A stretch of DNA of 63,316 bases, filler included, from Octopus bimaculoides (Eukaryota): NCBI RefSeq assembly GCF_001194135.2. It is 3 parts of 2 records of this genome, joined end to end, with 100 filler letters (N's around TTAATTAATTAA, not from the genome) between each part and the next. Parts side by side here need not be neighbours in the genome. Positions count along the whole stretch, not along the records: positions 21,407 to 40,977 come from NC_068986.1; 2 more parts are not named here. One strand, written 5' to 3'. The notes under the pieces are model-generated. The model was not told where the DNA came from, searched no databases, and saw nothing but the letters and a program-made list of their open reading frames with translations. Below are positions 26,455 through 38,275 of this stretch, piece after piece. The position numbers and the translations under genes were made by a program. Position 1 is the first letter of the stretch. Every line of letters begins with the position of its first letter.

Positions 26455-26695
26455 TTCGGGTTTTATAGTTAGGGTTAGGGTTAGGGTTTTAGGGTTAGGG
26501 TTAGGGTTTTAGGGTTAGGGTTGGGGTTTGGGTTATGAGTATTTTTGCCAAATTTGGTGAAAATCTGTTCAATACACCGCCACAAATTTTTCACCAAATT
26601 TGGCAAAAATACTCATAATCCTAACCGTAACCCTAAAACCCTAACCCTAACACTAACTCTAAAACCCGAACCCTAACCCTAAAATCCTAAAGCTG
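26455..26695. repeat. Inverted telomere-like array: (TTAGGG)n - 32-bp inverted repeat - (CCCTAA)n
   Basis: TTAGGG/TTTTAGGG units at 26468-26534; arm ttatgagtatttttgccaaatttggtgaaaat at 26533-26564; about 21-nt loop; complementary arm at 26586-26618; CCCTAA units at 26619-26690. Confidence 0.9.
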
Positions 26696-27043
26696 AAACC
26701 AGTACAAACGCTCGAACGATGTCATAAATAACAGTACTGCCGATAGTTGTTGTTGACAAACAACGGCAGTAATTTTATTCAAGGGAAAAGATCCCATTAC
26801 ACCGTCACAACGTGTTGTTTACAATCCACAGCAGTAATTGTATTCACCTCAATAGACACCAGTGACTGGTTGAAATTACCGAAATACGACAACTTTTAAC
26901 ATGAAATAACTTCGAATATAAAATTTTTTTCTCTGTTCTATAAGTCAAAATATACAAGTATACGAAGTTTTAAAGTGTTTTGGTAGAAAACACACTAAAT
27001 AAACACCAAATAAAAAATGGTGTCCGCCAAATCAGAAAGATCC
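26695..27043 (+). mobile_element. Arm of the Merlin-like MITE family (also at 32599-33144 and about 41720-41890)
   Basis: Shares cagtga(c/t)tggttgaaattac(c/a)gaaatacgacaactttaacatg and ends in aaagatcc like the 33144 terminus. Confidence 0.65.
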
Positions 27044-27394
27044 GCCTTCATTTGTATCAAAGTAAAAATCCGTTAACCTAAGCGTAGTAGACGAACCCTT
27101 GAAGTAGACGCAAGATGTAGACGCCTCTTTCAGAGACGAACATCCGCGGTGCAATTTCGGTCCTTGGTTAAAAACCAACCTACTCCATTTAAAAGCATGA
27201 ACGTTATAAAACTGATTTAAAGTGCTTGAGCTGGAACGGGGGCAGTCTGGAGAATGTATAAGGACACCCATCCAGAATATCAGGGGCAGCATCCAAAAGT
27301 GACGCTGTCCTGTACCATTGGTCAAGACATTTAACTCTCAGCAGTCCGATGCCGATGGCATCGTTAAAAGTTCAATTAAATGATGATGCCAAAT

Positions 27395-27600
27395 TTTGGC
27401 ACAAGGCCAGCAATTCTGAGAGAGGGATTAAGTCGATAATATCGACCCCAATACTCAACTGGAACTTATTTTATCGACCTCAGAAGGATGAAAAGCAAAG
27501 TCGACATTGATGGAATTTGAACTCAGAACGTGAAGTCTGACGAAATGTCGCTAAGTATTTTGCTCGACATGCTAACGAATCTGTCAGCTTACCACCGTAG
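27395..27600 (-). mobile_element. tRNA-derived SINE family B
   Basis: Reverse complement of ggcggcgagctggcagaa..gttctgagttcaaattccgccgaggtcgactttgcctttcatcctttcggggtcgataaa..ggccttgtgcc. Confidence 0.8.
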
Positions 27601-27699
27601 TCCCATTAAATTATGACCAGTTCAGTATCACGAAGATTTTGGTATTTTTAAGAAGTTTGACATTGATTCGAGCGATGCCGAAAGAATAAATTACCAGGC

Positions 27700-28050
27700 G
27701 CAGGAGTGGCTGTGTGGTAAGCAGCTTGCTTATCAAGTACATGGTTCCGGGTTCAGTCCCACTGCGTGGCATTTTGGGCAAGTGTCTTCTACTTTAGCCT
27801 CAGGCTGACCAAAGCCTTGTGAGTGGATTTGGTAGACGGAAACTGAAAGAAGCCCGTCGTATATATNNNNNNNNNNACCATCGCTTGACAACCGATGCTA
27901 GTGTGTTTACGTACTCATAACTTAGCGATTCGGCAAAAGAGACCGATAGTATAAGTACTAGGCTTACAAAGAATAAGTTCTGGGATTGATTTGTTCGACT
28001 AAAAGCGGTGCCCCAGCACGGCCGCAATCAAGTGACTGAAACAAAAAAAA
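27700..28050 (+). mobile_element. SINE family A
   Basis: Full head and tail, with a 10-N gap at the internal microsatellite. Confidence 0.85.
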
Positions 28051-28221
28051 AGAGCAAGTCGGCTTCGGCAGAATTTGAACTCAGATATATGAGTAAACAA
28101 CGTAAAACATTTATTTAATGTGTTGCTGTAACATTTCAACCAATCACCGTCCTTTAATCCAAGAATTAAGGAATTGTATTTCTTTTTACACCAGCGACAA
28201 ACATCGTGTTATACCATGCAG

Positions 28222-28850
28222 ATATTGGTTTCAAATTTTGGCACAAGGCCAACAATTTCGGAAGAGAGTGTAAAGTTGACTAGTTCGACCCCAGTACTCA
28301 ACTGGTATTTAATTTATCGACCCAGAAAGGGATGATAGTCAAAGTCGACCTGGGCGGTATTTGAACTCAGAACGTAAAGACGTACGAAATGCCAAGAAAC
28401 ATCCTGCCCGGCACGCTAACGTTTATTTTTACACTAGGCACAAGGCCCGACATTTTGGGGTAGGTCCAGTCGATTACATCGACTTCAGTACGCGGGTGGT
28501 ACTTAATTTATCGACTCCGAAAGGATGAAAGTCAAAGTCGACCTCGGCGGAATTTGAACTCAGAACGTAAAGACAGACGAAATATCGCTAAGCATTTCAC
28601 CCGGCGTGTTAACGTTTCTTATTTCTTTACTGCCCACAAGGAGCTACACACAGAGGGGACAAACAAGGACAGACAAACGGATTAAGTCGATTATATCGAC
28701 CCAGTGCGTAACTGGTACTTATTTAATCGACTTCGAAAGGACGAAAGGCAAAGTCGACCTCGGCGGAATTTAAACTCAGAACGTAGCGGCAGACGAAATA
28801 CTGCTAAGCATTTCGTCCAGCGTGCGAACGTTTCTGCCAGCTCGCCGCCT
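28222..28850 (-). mobile_element. Head-to-tail trimer of SINE family B
   Basis: Three consecutive bodies. Two are cut at ...aacgttt, and only the last carries the head end ctgccagctcgccgcc. Confidence 0.85.
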
Positions 28851-29063
28851 TATCCTATGCAGATATTGCAGTAGATTTACCTTTAACGAAAGATGAAAAT
28901 ATGTTCCGTCTATTGGGGTCAATCAGACTGGATACTTCCCTCAACAGCTATTTTAAATCTGCTTTGCTTGATACATCATTAACTGCTCGATATCCAGTCT
29001 ATGTAAAGACATACAGAAAACTGATACTCCCTTCGAAAACGCAGTAGAATGCACTGCTTTATA

Positions 29064-29128
<65 letters not shown>

Positions 29129-30378
29129 TATTCTCTGTTAATTAGAGAGTATTGTCATTTTAAAGTATCGTAAATAGCACTATTTGGAAATACACATTTT
29201 TTTTAACGATATATCTTTCACTAAATAAATAACAAAAAAAAAAGGAGTAACATGCAAAATATGCTCAGTTAAGTATCAATTATTTCTTTTCCTTATTATA
29301 TCAAGTGTGCTTGTAATAACAATAGAAAAAAAAAAAGAGTTGCATGTTTTTCGTAAACAGTAATTAAAAAAAAAAATTGTAAATATTTGGTGTTAAAATT
29401 CTATTTTACTGCCTAAAGAATTATAGACGTGGAGAATTGAGAATCGATTTTTAAAAAAAAAACTTAATTGATAACATCAATTAAAACTTAATAGTATTCA
29501 TAGTTGGTTTGTTAATTTTTCTTTCAATTAATTGGTTCAGAATTATTTAGAATAATTTTTCTACGTATTTTAATACTATAGAGTTTTAAATATTTTTCTG
29601 CTGTATTTTACGACTCTACAGCTTTTAATATTTTCTCGAATCTTCTTCATACAACTGAGAAAGGAAATAGCATTTAATGAAGTGACTGAATAGTCTAAAG
29701 GCTACTGGCTATGAATACAAAATCATTCCGTTACACACACACACACACACACTTTATCTTCATCTTCCCCTCCTCTTCTTTCTCACGCGGATATTTTTCT
29801 TCTATTATAGAATTATTATAAATATTGATCATATTTTCCAAACACATATACTGTTTCTATATCAATGTGAATTATTCTCAATTACAGCACCAGGTTCAGT
29901 TTGCAATTAGCTGTACATTAACTCGAACCCCTAAACAAACCAAACCACTCTAGCTATACAATATACAACAACGTCCTTCAGGACTAATTTAGCGGTTGTC
30001 GCTATCTCTATGCCAAAAATTTGCTCCTATTGATTGTAACGATCTTTTTTAACTTCATAAATTCAAGTTGTTACTTTTTTTTTTTTCAACATTGCCAGCT
30101 ACTTTAATTAAACTTTTAAAAGATTTAATTAAATTAAGAAAATTTTTCCAACATTAATAGCTTAAACTCATTTAACTAAATTCAGGTTGGATTTTGTCTT
30201 TGTCTTATTTCTTTTTCTTAAACGAAATTACGTAATTAGATTAACGGTATGCTTATACATGTTCATCAAATCATGCGCTGATTATAATTTTTGAACGAAT
30301 GACTCGTGTCGACATACCGAGGATCAAATTTTCTCTTAATATTTTCATCTCCAAGCTGACGCAGGTATTAGCTTTTAA

Positions 30379-30565
30379 GGCGGCGAGCAGGCAGAATCGT
30401 TAACATGCCGGGCGAAATGCTTAGCGGTATTTCGTTCGTCTTTACTTTCTGAATTCAAATTCCGCCGAGGTCGACTTAACCTTTAATCCTTTTGGGGTCA
30501 ATAAGAATAAGTAAAACTTGAGGACTGGGGTCGACGTAATCGACTACCTTTGCCCTGAACTTGTT
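30379..30565 (+). mobile_element. SINE family B
   Basis: ggcggcgagcaggcagaatcgttaacatgccgggcgaaatgc...gaattcaaattccgccgaggtcgac. Confidence 0.85.
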
Positions 30566-30779
30566 AAGTTTCCCCTTGAACGGGTATTCGAAGTTTACAA
30601 TCAGAATCCTGAAATGAAAAATGGTGGCAATTAGTAAACTATACATTTTGTTTTAGCTCAGTCTTAATAAGCGTTAAAATGAATTTTTTTCTTTTCAAAA
30701 TTCTCTGACAAACTTCAATCTACAGTTTCTGTGAGTCAAATTAAATTGTGATTTTTATGTTTTTATTCCTTTATTTGTA

Positions 30780-31140
30780 TCAGTCGTTGGACTGTGGCCA
30801 TGCTGAAACACCACCTTGAAGAGTTTAGTAGAATAAACTGACCAAGTATTTATTTATTCTGATTAATTCTGGTACTTATTCAATCATTCTCTGAGGAACC
30901 ACTAAGTTATGGGGGATGTAAACAAGCCAGCACCAGATGTGAAGCGGAGGATATAGATACGCACGCACACATACACACATATGACTGGGATTCCTCACAG
31001 TTTCTGAGTACCAAATTCGCTGACAAGGCATTGGCCATCCCGAGGCTACAGTAGAAGATATTTTCACAAGATGCAGCGCAATGAGATTGAACCCGAAACC
31101 AAGTGGTTGCAAAGCGAACTTCTCAACCACCTAGCCATGC
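30780..31140 (-). mobile_element. SINE family A, diverged
   Basis: Colinear with the family A consensus, with many substitutions. Confidence 0.75.
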
Positions 31141-31804
31141 CTGCACTTTTTATGTTTGTTTATACAACAGAACGGATGTGATGTGATGTGATGTGATGGG
31201 CATGCTGTAATTTTACGTTTAGACATCTTAAAATACATAGAAACCACACCATGACGCCATAGTTGACCACCTAAAACATCTTGGAATTTCAAACCAAAAC
31301 AACATTGATAGTCCATCCCATACTTAGGAACAGGAAAAGGAAATGGCTGCTTCTGGTGTTACGGTGGCGGATGTAACTACTTGGAATATTTACTGGAATG
31401 TATGAACCTTCACTGCTAAAATTTGATTGAAACCAGTTATATACAGCTTTATACACCAGTAACTCTTCTGGTATGTATTGACTGTTTTAACAAATCGGAA
31501 GCGGAGCCGCTTTAACGTCGTAAAGTCTCATTTTTGGGGATGGGACACACAGCAGCATGTATCCACAGCAATCAAAATATAGAGATATATTCCTATTGAG
31601 AGAAAGAATAAAGAGTTTTTCACGGACAGGAGCTGGCTCTGAAGGTCATGAAGGTCGGTTGGAATGCGGCGTAGTGCAGTATGCGGGGTATAAAGGTCGG
31701 TAACCTTGTTTGTTTGAAGTCTCCGGAATTGTTTTCGAACGTGACACGTATTTGTACGCGTTGGTGATACTAGTGGAGAAGGAAAGTTTTGTTGGAGTTT
31801 TGTA

Positions 31805-31931
31805 CAGGGTGTCTACAAGGTCTGGCTACATGGAGTAAATAAGATCATAACATAAACAATTAAATATAAGAAATAATAATTTCTGAAAGTATGTGTTAAT
31901 CCCCATGTACCCAGACTTTGTGGACACCCTG
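31805..31931. mobile_element. 127-bp Tc1/mariner-type MITE
   Basis: About 29-bp TIRs cagggtgtctacaaggtctggctacatgg and ccatgtacccagactttgtggacaccctg, with TA on both sides (31803-31804, 31932-31933). Confidence 0.9.
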
Positions 31932-32559
31932 TAGAATGTGTACAATGCGGCAGAACTGTGGAAGCTTTCTTTTCCTGTGTACAGTCGTTTTAAGATTCCA
32001 TAAGCTGATAGATGAAACGGAAGGGTCGGCTGTAGTTTGGCAGATGGGAGAGGTTTTGGGTTATGCAATGCACGAAAGCATAATTTAATATTCGGATGGC
32101 AGTCGTGATCGTTGATGTCTATACGCTGTTACCTTGTTATTAATATAGGAAATAGGGACTAGCAAAAACAGTTTGACTAGAAAAGGAGGGTTATGAGAGA
32201 TTTTAGATTAATATTTTTTTTTATAGAAACAAAGGTATTTCTGAATAGCCAATGTAAGATGTGGTTTTATTGTTGAACAATAATTAGTGAACACAGTATT
32301 ATCGCTTGTGACTCAGAGGAACTACTAAAATTGATTTGATTATTGTGCAATGTTAATTTTAGAGAATTATCATCAGATGGTGATCAATAAAAAGATTCTA
32401 TATTTCAGATGTGTCCAGCTTACGGGAAACAAGTCGTGAGAAGGAGAACAGTAATAGACTGTTTGCTTTCAGTGTATTGTGTTTTAGTGTAACGAGGAAA
32501 ACGAAAATCATTATAGAGGTTTTATATCTTGGGTTAGGGATTTGACTTGCTTTAATCTA

Positions 32560-33470
32560 ATCTTATATGGCATGGCTGTGTGGTTAAGAAACTCGCTTGG
32601 ATCTTTTTTAAAACGGGGGCCACATTTTTCATTAATGTTTTACGTAGTGTTTTTGGTACCGAAAGACTTTCAAACTTCGTATACTTATCTATTTTGTGTT
32701 ATAGAACAGAAAAATATTTTTGTATTCGAATTTATTTCATGTAAAAAATTGTCTTATTTCGATAATTTCAACCAATCACTGACAAGTATTCAGTTGTTTA
32801 TATTTACTCCTTTGGCTGATTAAGCGGTGTAAAGCGTATTTAATTTCCATAGCTTCTTTTTTCTTTTTAAATTTGCTGTTTTACCCTAACCCTATCACCG
32901 ATAGAACTGTTTCAGAATCGTTTGTTTATGTAGTCGGCACTTAATGTATATGGGCTGAATGGACGTCAGTGATTGGTTGAAATTACAGAAATACGACAAC
33001 TTTAACATGGAATAACTTAGGGATTTCTTCTTTTTTTAAGAAGACTAAGAGAAAAAGATGTTTTATATGACACATTCTACCAGTGTTCCAAGTTTCAAAG
33101 TGTTTCGTTAATGAAAAATGTGGCCCCCGTTTTAAAAAAGATCCACTCGCTTTGTAACTACGTGGTTTGGGGTTCAGCCCCGCTGCACAGTACCGAGCAA
33201 GTGTCTTCAGCTATAGCCCCAAACTGGCCAGTTCCTTGTGAGTAAATTTGCTAGACGGAGGCTGTGTAAAAGTCCGTCGTATGTGTGTGAATGTGTTTGT
33301 CCGCCACCACCATTTGATGACTGGTATTGGTTTGTTTACGTTCTCGTAGCTTTGTGGTTTCGTAAAAGAGATCGAGAGAATAACCAAAATTTTAAATAAG
33401 TACCGAAGTCGATTACATTTTGACTAAATTCTTTAAGATGGTTCTGCAGCATGGCCTAAGTCCAAAAGCT
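32560..33470 (+). mobile_element. Diverged SINE family A interrupted by a MITE
   Basis: Head atggctgtgtggttaagaaactcgctt resumes after the insert as actcgctttgtaactacgtggtttggggttcag. Confidence 0.75.
32599..33144. mobile_element. 546-bp non-autonomous DNA transposon, Merlin-like (GG-terminated long TIRs, 8-bp TSD)
   Basis: TIRs ggatcttttttaaaacgggggccacatttttcattaa and ttaatgaaaaatgtggcccccgttttaaaaaagatcc, extending imperfectly for about 180 bp. TSD actcgctt at 32591-32598 and 33145-33152. Confidence 0.85.
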
Positions 33471-33484
33471 AAACCAAATAAGAA

Positions 33485-33525
<41 letters not shown>

Positions 33526-34419
33526 AGTGTGTGTGTGTGAGTGTGAGTGAGTGTGTGTGTGTGAGGGAGCAGAGCAGAGCAGGCAATGTTCATGGCTCTC
33601 TATAGGGCTTCTGAGACAGGTGCGAGGGAGAGAGGGAGGAAAGTATTTTCAAACCAGAAATCTACCCCGAATGCTTGCACCAAAGAGGACTCTATTGAAG
33701 GTACCCAGGGTGTCAGGTAATTATGTTAAATCAGGCGACAGATTAAGCTTACCACCCAAGCAATCTATGATGGAATTTGAACTTAGAACGCAAAGAGTCA
33801 GAATAAACACCGCAAAGACATCCAGTTCAACGTCATAAACTGTCCTGCTAATCCACTGTCCTGCTAATCCACTGCCCTGCATTGATGCTTGCTTTCTCAA
33901 CGCCGAAAGGATGAAAGGTAAAGTTTGACTTTGGTAGGATTTGAGCTCACAACGCGCAGAGTCGAACAACTACTGCGAGGCATTCCACCCGGCGCTTTAA
34001 CGATTCTACCCGGTTCAGTTAGTTGCAGGTTAGCGTTCGTATGATTATGACGTTACACTGAGCTAAATTCTGCTGGTATAATTTTAACTCCTACTCAAAC
34101 ACACGCACACACACCAAACAAGGTTTCGGAGACTGTAGCGTTGTGTATAATATTCGGATAATACTAACACTTGGGAAGATAGCTCTTCTGTTACTACTAT
34201 ACAATTCATCGTATTATGTTTGTAAATGAGATACCAATTTAAGTAGCCTACTTTGGCTTTTCCTGATCGTTAATCGATCCGGCTTAACGTTTGAATTAAG
34301 TAATTAATATGTAATTCCGTAAGCTTATTCCAGGAAACAAGTTGTCATTAATGATCCACCACCTCCAACGATAAAAATACTCAATTAGTCAACGGAATAT
34401 AATTAATATTATTTGGATA

Positions 34420-35000
34420 GTACCGGTGATTGGCAGAATCGTTAGAACAACAGATAAAATGTATCTGATACTATTTAGTTACGGTCCTTTATGCGGTGAG
34501 TTCAAATCCTGCCGAGGTCAACTTTGCCTTTCATCTTTCCAGAACTGATAAGATGAAGTACAAGTCAAACACTGGATCGCTATAATAGACTCATCCGCCA
34601 AATTTGAGGCCTTGACCCGATATTAGAAATAATAATAATCCTTTCTACAAAAGGCACAAAGCCTGAAATTTGGAGGGAGGGGTACAGTCGATTACATCGA
34701 CTCTAGTGCTCAACTTGTACTTTATTTCATCGATCTCGAAAGGATGGAAGGCAAAGTCGACCTCGGAGTATTTTGAACTCAGACGCGCGAACAATTCTGT
34801 CAGCTCAGTCAAAATGCTTATCGACATTTCTTTCGGCCCAGTACGTTTTGAGTTCAAATTCCATTGTGGTCGATCTTGTCTTTCTTCCTTTCAGAGTCGT
34901 TAAAATAAGTACCAGTTGAGCACTGGGATCTATGTACTCAAATAACGCCCCTACCCACCTAAATTTGCAGGCCTTGTGCCAAAATTTGAAATCATTATAA
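34420..35000. mobile_element. Three adjacent SINE family B copies in +/-/+ orientation
   Basis: Plus at 34420-34640, minus at 34640-34800, plus at 34800-35000. Confidence 0.8.
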
Positions 35001-36274
35001 CAGCACTGTTTAAAAATATTAGTATTGTATCTGATTAAAATATTTTATTTTTAAGAAGAATCATAACCGCCTTCCCAGCGCCTCGCGCGCGCGCACCCAC
35101 CCACACCCTCAAGAATGTGCTACTGCCCAGGTGAAGAACCAAGGAGCTATAGGATTCAGAAAACTCTAATGTGAACGAAATATATCCCTATTGGTTTAGA
35201 AACGCCACCAAAATGGCGTTCCATCTACAGACTGTGTGCCTCTTCTACAATCGCGAGTTTTTATGCCAGCGTTAAAAATCAATAATTTTTTTTTTTTTTT
35301 TCGTGTCTATAAAGTCAGTTTGCTGAAATTCCATCACATTATTCCAAGCATCGTTTCAGTAATATCTACCAGAACGTGGTTGATATCTTTTTCTTTCTTT
35401 TCATTTTCTGCCTAACTTTGAATTTATAGTTAGAACAAATCTAGGGCATTTCAAAAACTTTTTTTTACCCCTTACTGTCCCACAGTTACTTCCCTTATAT
35501 TTTTGTGTGTTTATTTCACAACTTCCACTCACTGATGGCTGACAGTTACAGCTAGTTAACCAATCATTCAACCCTGGCTTATATCGCTGGCTTTCATCAA
35601 CTGTTTACTGAAACAACGTTGAGTATAAATCGTTTTATTATTGTTCAGCTACGACGAGGGTTTCCGTTTCTCTCTTTAATCTTTTATTTCGAAACCAACT
35701 CCATTGTTCATCAATATTCTTTAACAAAATTTAAAAAAAGAGGAAGAGGGAAAAATATTAAAAAAAAAAAAAAAGTATTTTATATTTCTTTTATTCGAAT
35801 TATTTAATCTGTTTCTACACACATTCAGAATCCATCAATCTTTCTAGCTCTGTGTGTAAAACTCTTGTGATCTTCATTTTTTCTGAAGTACGATTGAGAT
35901 CGTACCAAAAAAATGTCAGTATTTCTTCGATGTTGAATGAAACATTTGGAAACCTCGTTTTGATATTTTTCGTTTCCCGACACTGATTTGTCTGCACAAC
36001 CGAGTTGATGTTAAGATATAGTGTCAATCAGATTAAAGGCATTCAAGTCATGACCAGTCCATGACCAAATCATTTTTCTAAGGCCCATCTGGGAGTACAT
36101 AATCTAATATATCCTTACCACACGTTGGGGGCAATTTGGGGGACATTTAGCTGCTACTTCTAGCTGATTAAAATACAGTCTACATAGAGGCTCCCTCGTT
36201 GGCTCGCATTGATTCGTTTAACTTAAGGTCAGTTTTGACCAAGCTCCTTCCCAAGTCTTAGACACTCGTAGGGC

Positions 36275-36470
36275 CGGTCACTTGGATTCTCTGGCTCACA
36301 TACTCCCCACTGGACGGGACGCCAATCCGTCGTAGGATTACTGTTTTGCCAGCTCGGTGGACTGAAGCAACGTGAAATGAAGTGTTTTGCTCAAGAATAC
36401 AACTCATGGCCCGGTCCAGGAATTGAAACCACAATCCAAGACTCTTACCACTAAGCCACGCATCACCCAG
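36275..36470 (-). mobile_element. SINE related to family D (same central domain, different tail)
   Basis: Reverse complement of tggcttagtggt..ttcaattcct..cttgagcaaaacacttcatttcacgttgcttcagtccacc. Confidence 0.65.
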
Positions 36471-36929
36471 TCCCTGACTAAACAGATTTCTAATCAAATG
36501 CATTTCATCCATGACCGACCAGTCTTTCTCAAGGACTGGCTATCTAAAACTACGTTATCCAATGTCTTTCCTGTTTTAAGGTGGTAGGATGTAACTTGAG
36601 AGAAGCTTAGCTTCGTTGCTATTTCTAGCAGTCTGAGCATCCATATCGAGGCTTCATCTTGACTCAAGCATAGTTAGCTGTCGAAGTGCGCTCATCCGGA
36701 TCTTTACTTTGTTAATGGTAGTTGTTTAGTTCCGGTTCAAACTCCAAATAAAAATAAGATGAAAGATGTTCCCGCCTGCGTCCATCTGACTCATCTTGGA
36801 CGATGTTGTCCAATGCCGTTTTGCATGATAAGATGGTAGAGTATGATTTGAGAAAGATTTCACTGCTATTTCTAGCTGGCGAAGCGACCACGTAGTGGCA
36901 ACCCTTATAAGTTTTAGTCTTGCACGTAT

Positions 36930-37129
36930 CTTTTACTCTTTTACTTGTTTGTCATTTGACTGCTGCCATGCTGGAGCACCGCCTTTAGTTGAGCAAATCG
37001 ACCCTAGGACTTATTCTTTGTAAGCCTAATACTTATTCTATCGATCTCTTTTGCCGAACCGCTAAGTTACGGGGACGTAAACACACCATCATCGGTTGTC
37101 AAACAGACACACAAACATATACACACACA

Positions 37130-37170
<41 letters not shown>

Positions 37171-37530
37171 AATAGTAAATGAGTATATGCATATATACGT
37201 ACAGGTATGTGCATACCGACATCCACCTGTATGTATAGGTGCATATCTGGGTACAGGACATTGCAAACAAAACAGAGACGAGAAAACACACAAGCCACAT
37301 AGAGAACATTCTACTTCATCAGCTACCTCCGTTTTAACACCGGCGTTTCGAAGAGCTAGGCAGGACACGACAGGCTTCTTTCAGTTTCCGTCTTCCAAAT
37401 CCACTCACAAGGCTTTGGTGTGCCCGAGGCTATAGTAGAAGACACTTGTCCAAGGTGCCACGCAGTGGGACTGAACCCGGAGCCATGTGGTTCGTAAGCA
37501 AGCTAATTACCACACAGCCACTCCTGTGCC
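36930..37530 (-). mobile_element. SINE family A with an insertion of about 250 bp at the microsatellite core
   Basis: Tail at 36930-37130 and head at 37368-37530, separated by non-family sequence. Confidence 0.8.
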
Positions 37531-37759
37531 TGTGTATCTGTATACAAAATACTAAGACTACATAACAGATCGGATATGTTTCTGAGATAAGGCTATGAAT
37601 AATAATAACGATACCGTCTTTTTGTTCTGATCGTCACGTACGCACCCCCCTCCATATGCTAGTCGTTAAAGACACTTCTGTAATCTCATCAAATTTTGGC
37701 CAGGACGTTGACAGCGGAAAGTGTTACGTCAAGGAAAATGCAGTTGTGTAATATAGAGT

Positions 37760-38275
37760 TGGTGTAGCCGAGTGGTTAAAAAGTTTGCTTTGCATTCATA
37801 GGGTCCCAGGTTCCATACCATTGCGTAGCATCATGGGAAATATTTTTTTTTTTTAAATCATAACCTCAGGTCGAATCAAGTCTTTGGGTTCAATTAAGCA
37901 TGGCTATGGTTGAGAAGCTCACTTTACGATTACGTGCTCCATGTGGTTTCGGGTTCAGTCCCACTGCACAGCATTTTAGGCAAGTTCTTTATAAGTCCTG
38001 GTCGACAAAAGCCGAGCGAGCGAAATCGGTAAAACGGAAAGTGTGTAGAAGTCTATCGTATGTGTATGTTATATATATGTGTGTGAGTTCGTGCCCCACT
38101 CCGCTTCGCAACCGGTGTTGGTTTGTTTACGTTTCCGTAACCTAAAGAGTCCCGGTAGAATAATTTACCAGGCGTAAAAATAGGTACTGGGATCGGTTTT
38201 GAAATTTTCTCGATTCAACCTTTCAAGGCGGTACTGTAGCATGGCCGCAGTCCAATGACTGAAACCAGTAAAAGA
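37760..38275 (+). mobile_element. Diverged SINE family A (two head pieces plus tail)
   Basis: Heads at about 37760 and about 37900; tail ends gactgaaaccagtaaaagataa. Confidence 0.65.

Noticed and set aside
27032-27325. 97-aa minus-strand ORF in CpG-rich sequence
   Set aside because: No recognisable domain; it is wedged between repeats, and no support beyond length.
28222-28850. Regularly spaced repeats as a CRISPR-like array
   Set aside because: The units are whole SINE copies of about 200 bp with no unique spacers, in a eukaryotic context with no cas genes.
35070-35230. CG run, ATTGG (CCAAT) and AAAATGGCG (YY1-like) cluster suggesting a promoter
   Set aside because: Short motifs are expected by chance, the following ORF is only 20 codons, and there is no associated gene.
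37310-37360. CTGATGA and GAAAC on the minus strand as a fourth hammerhead
   Set aside because: The triplet would be GUG (not NUH) and the stems do not form.
37757-37835. tRNA-like sequence ggtgtagccgagtggtt..ggttccatacc
   Set aside because: No complete cloverleaf; it is a SINE head. The same applies to the other A/B-box motifs in the window.
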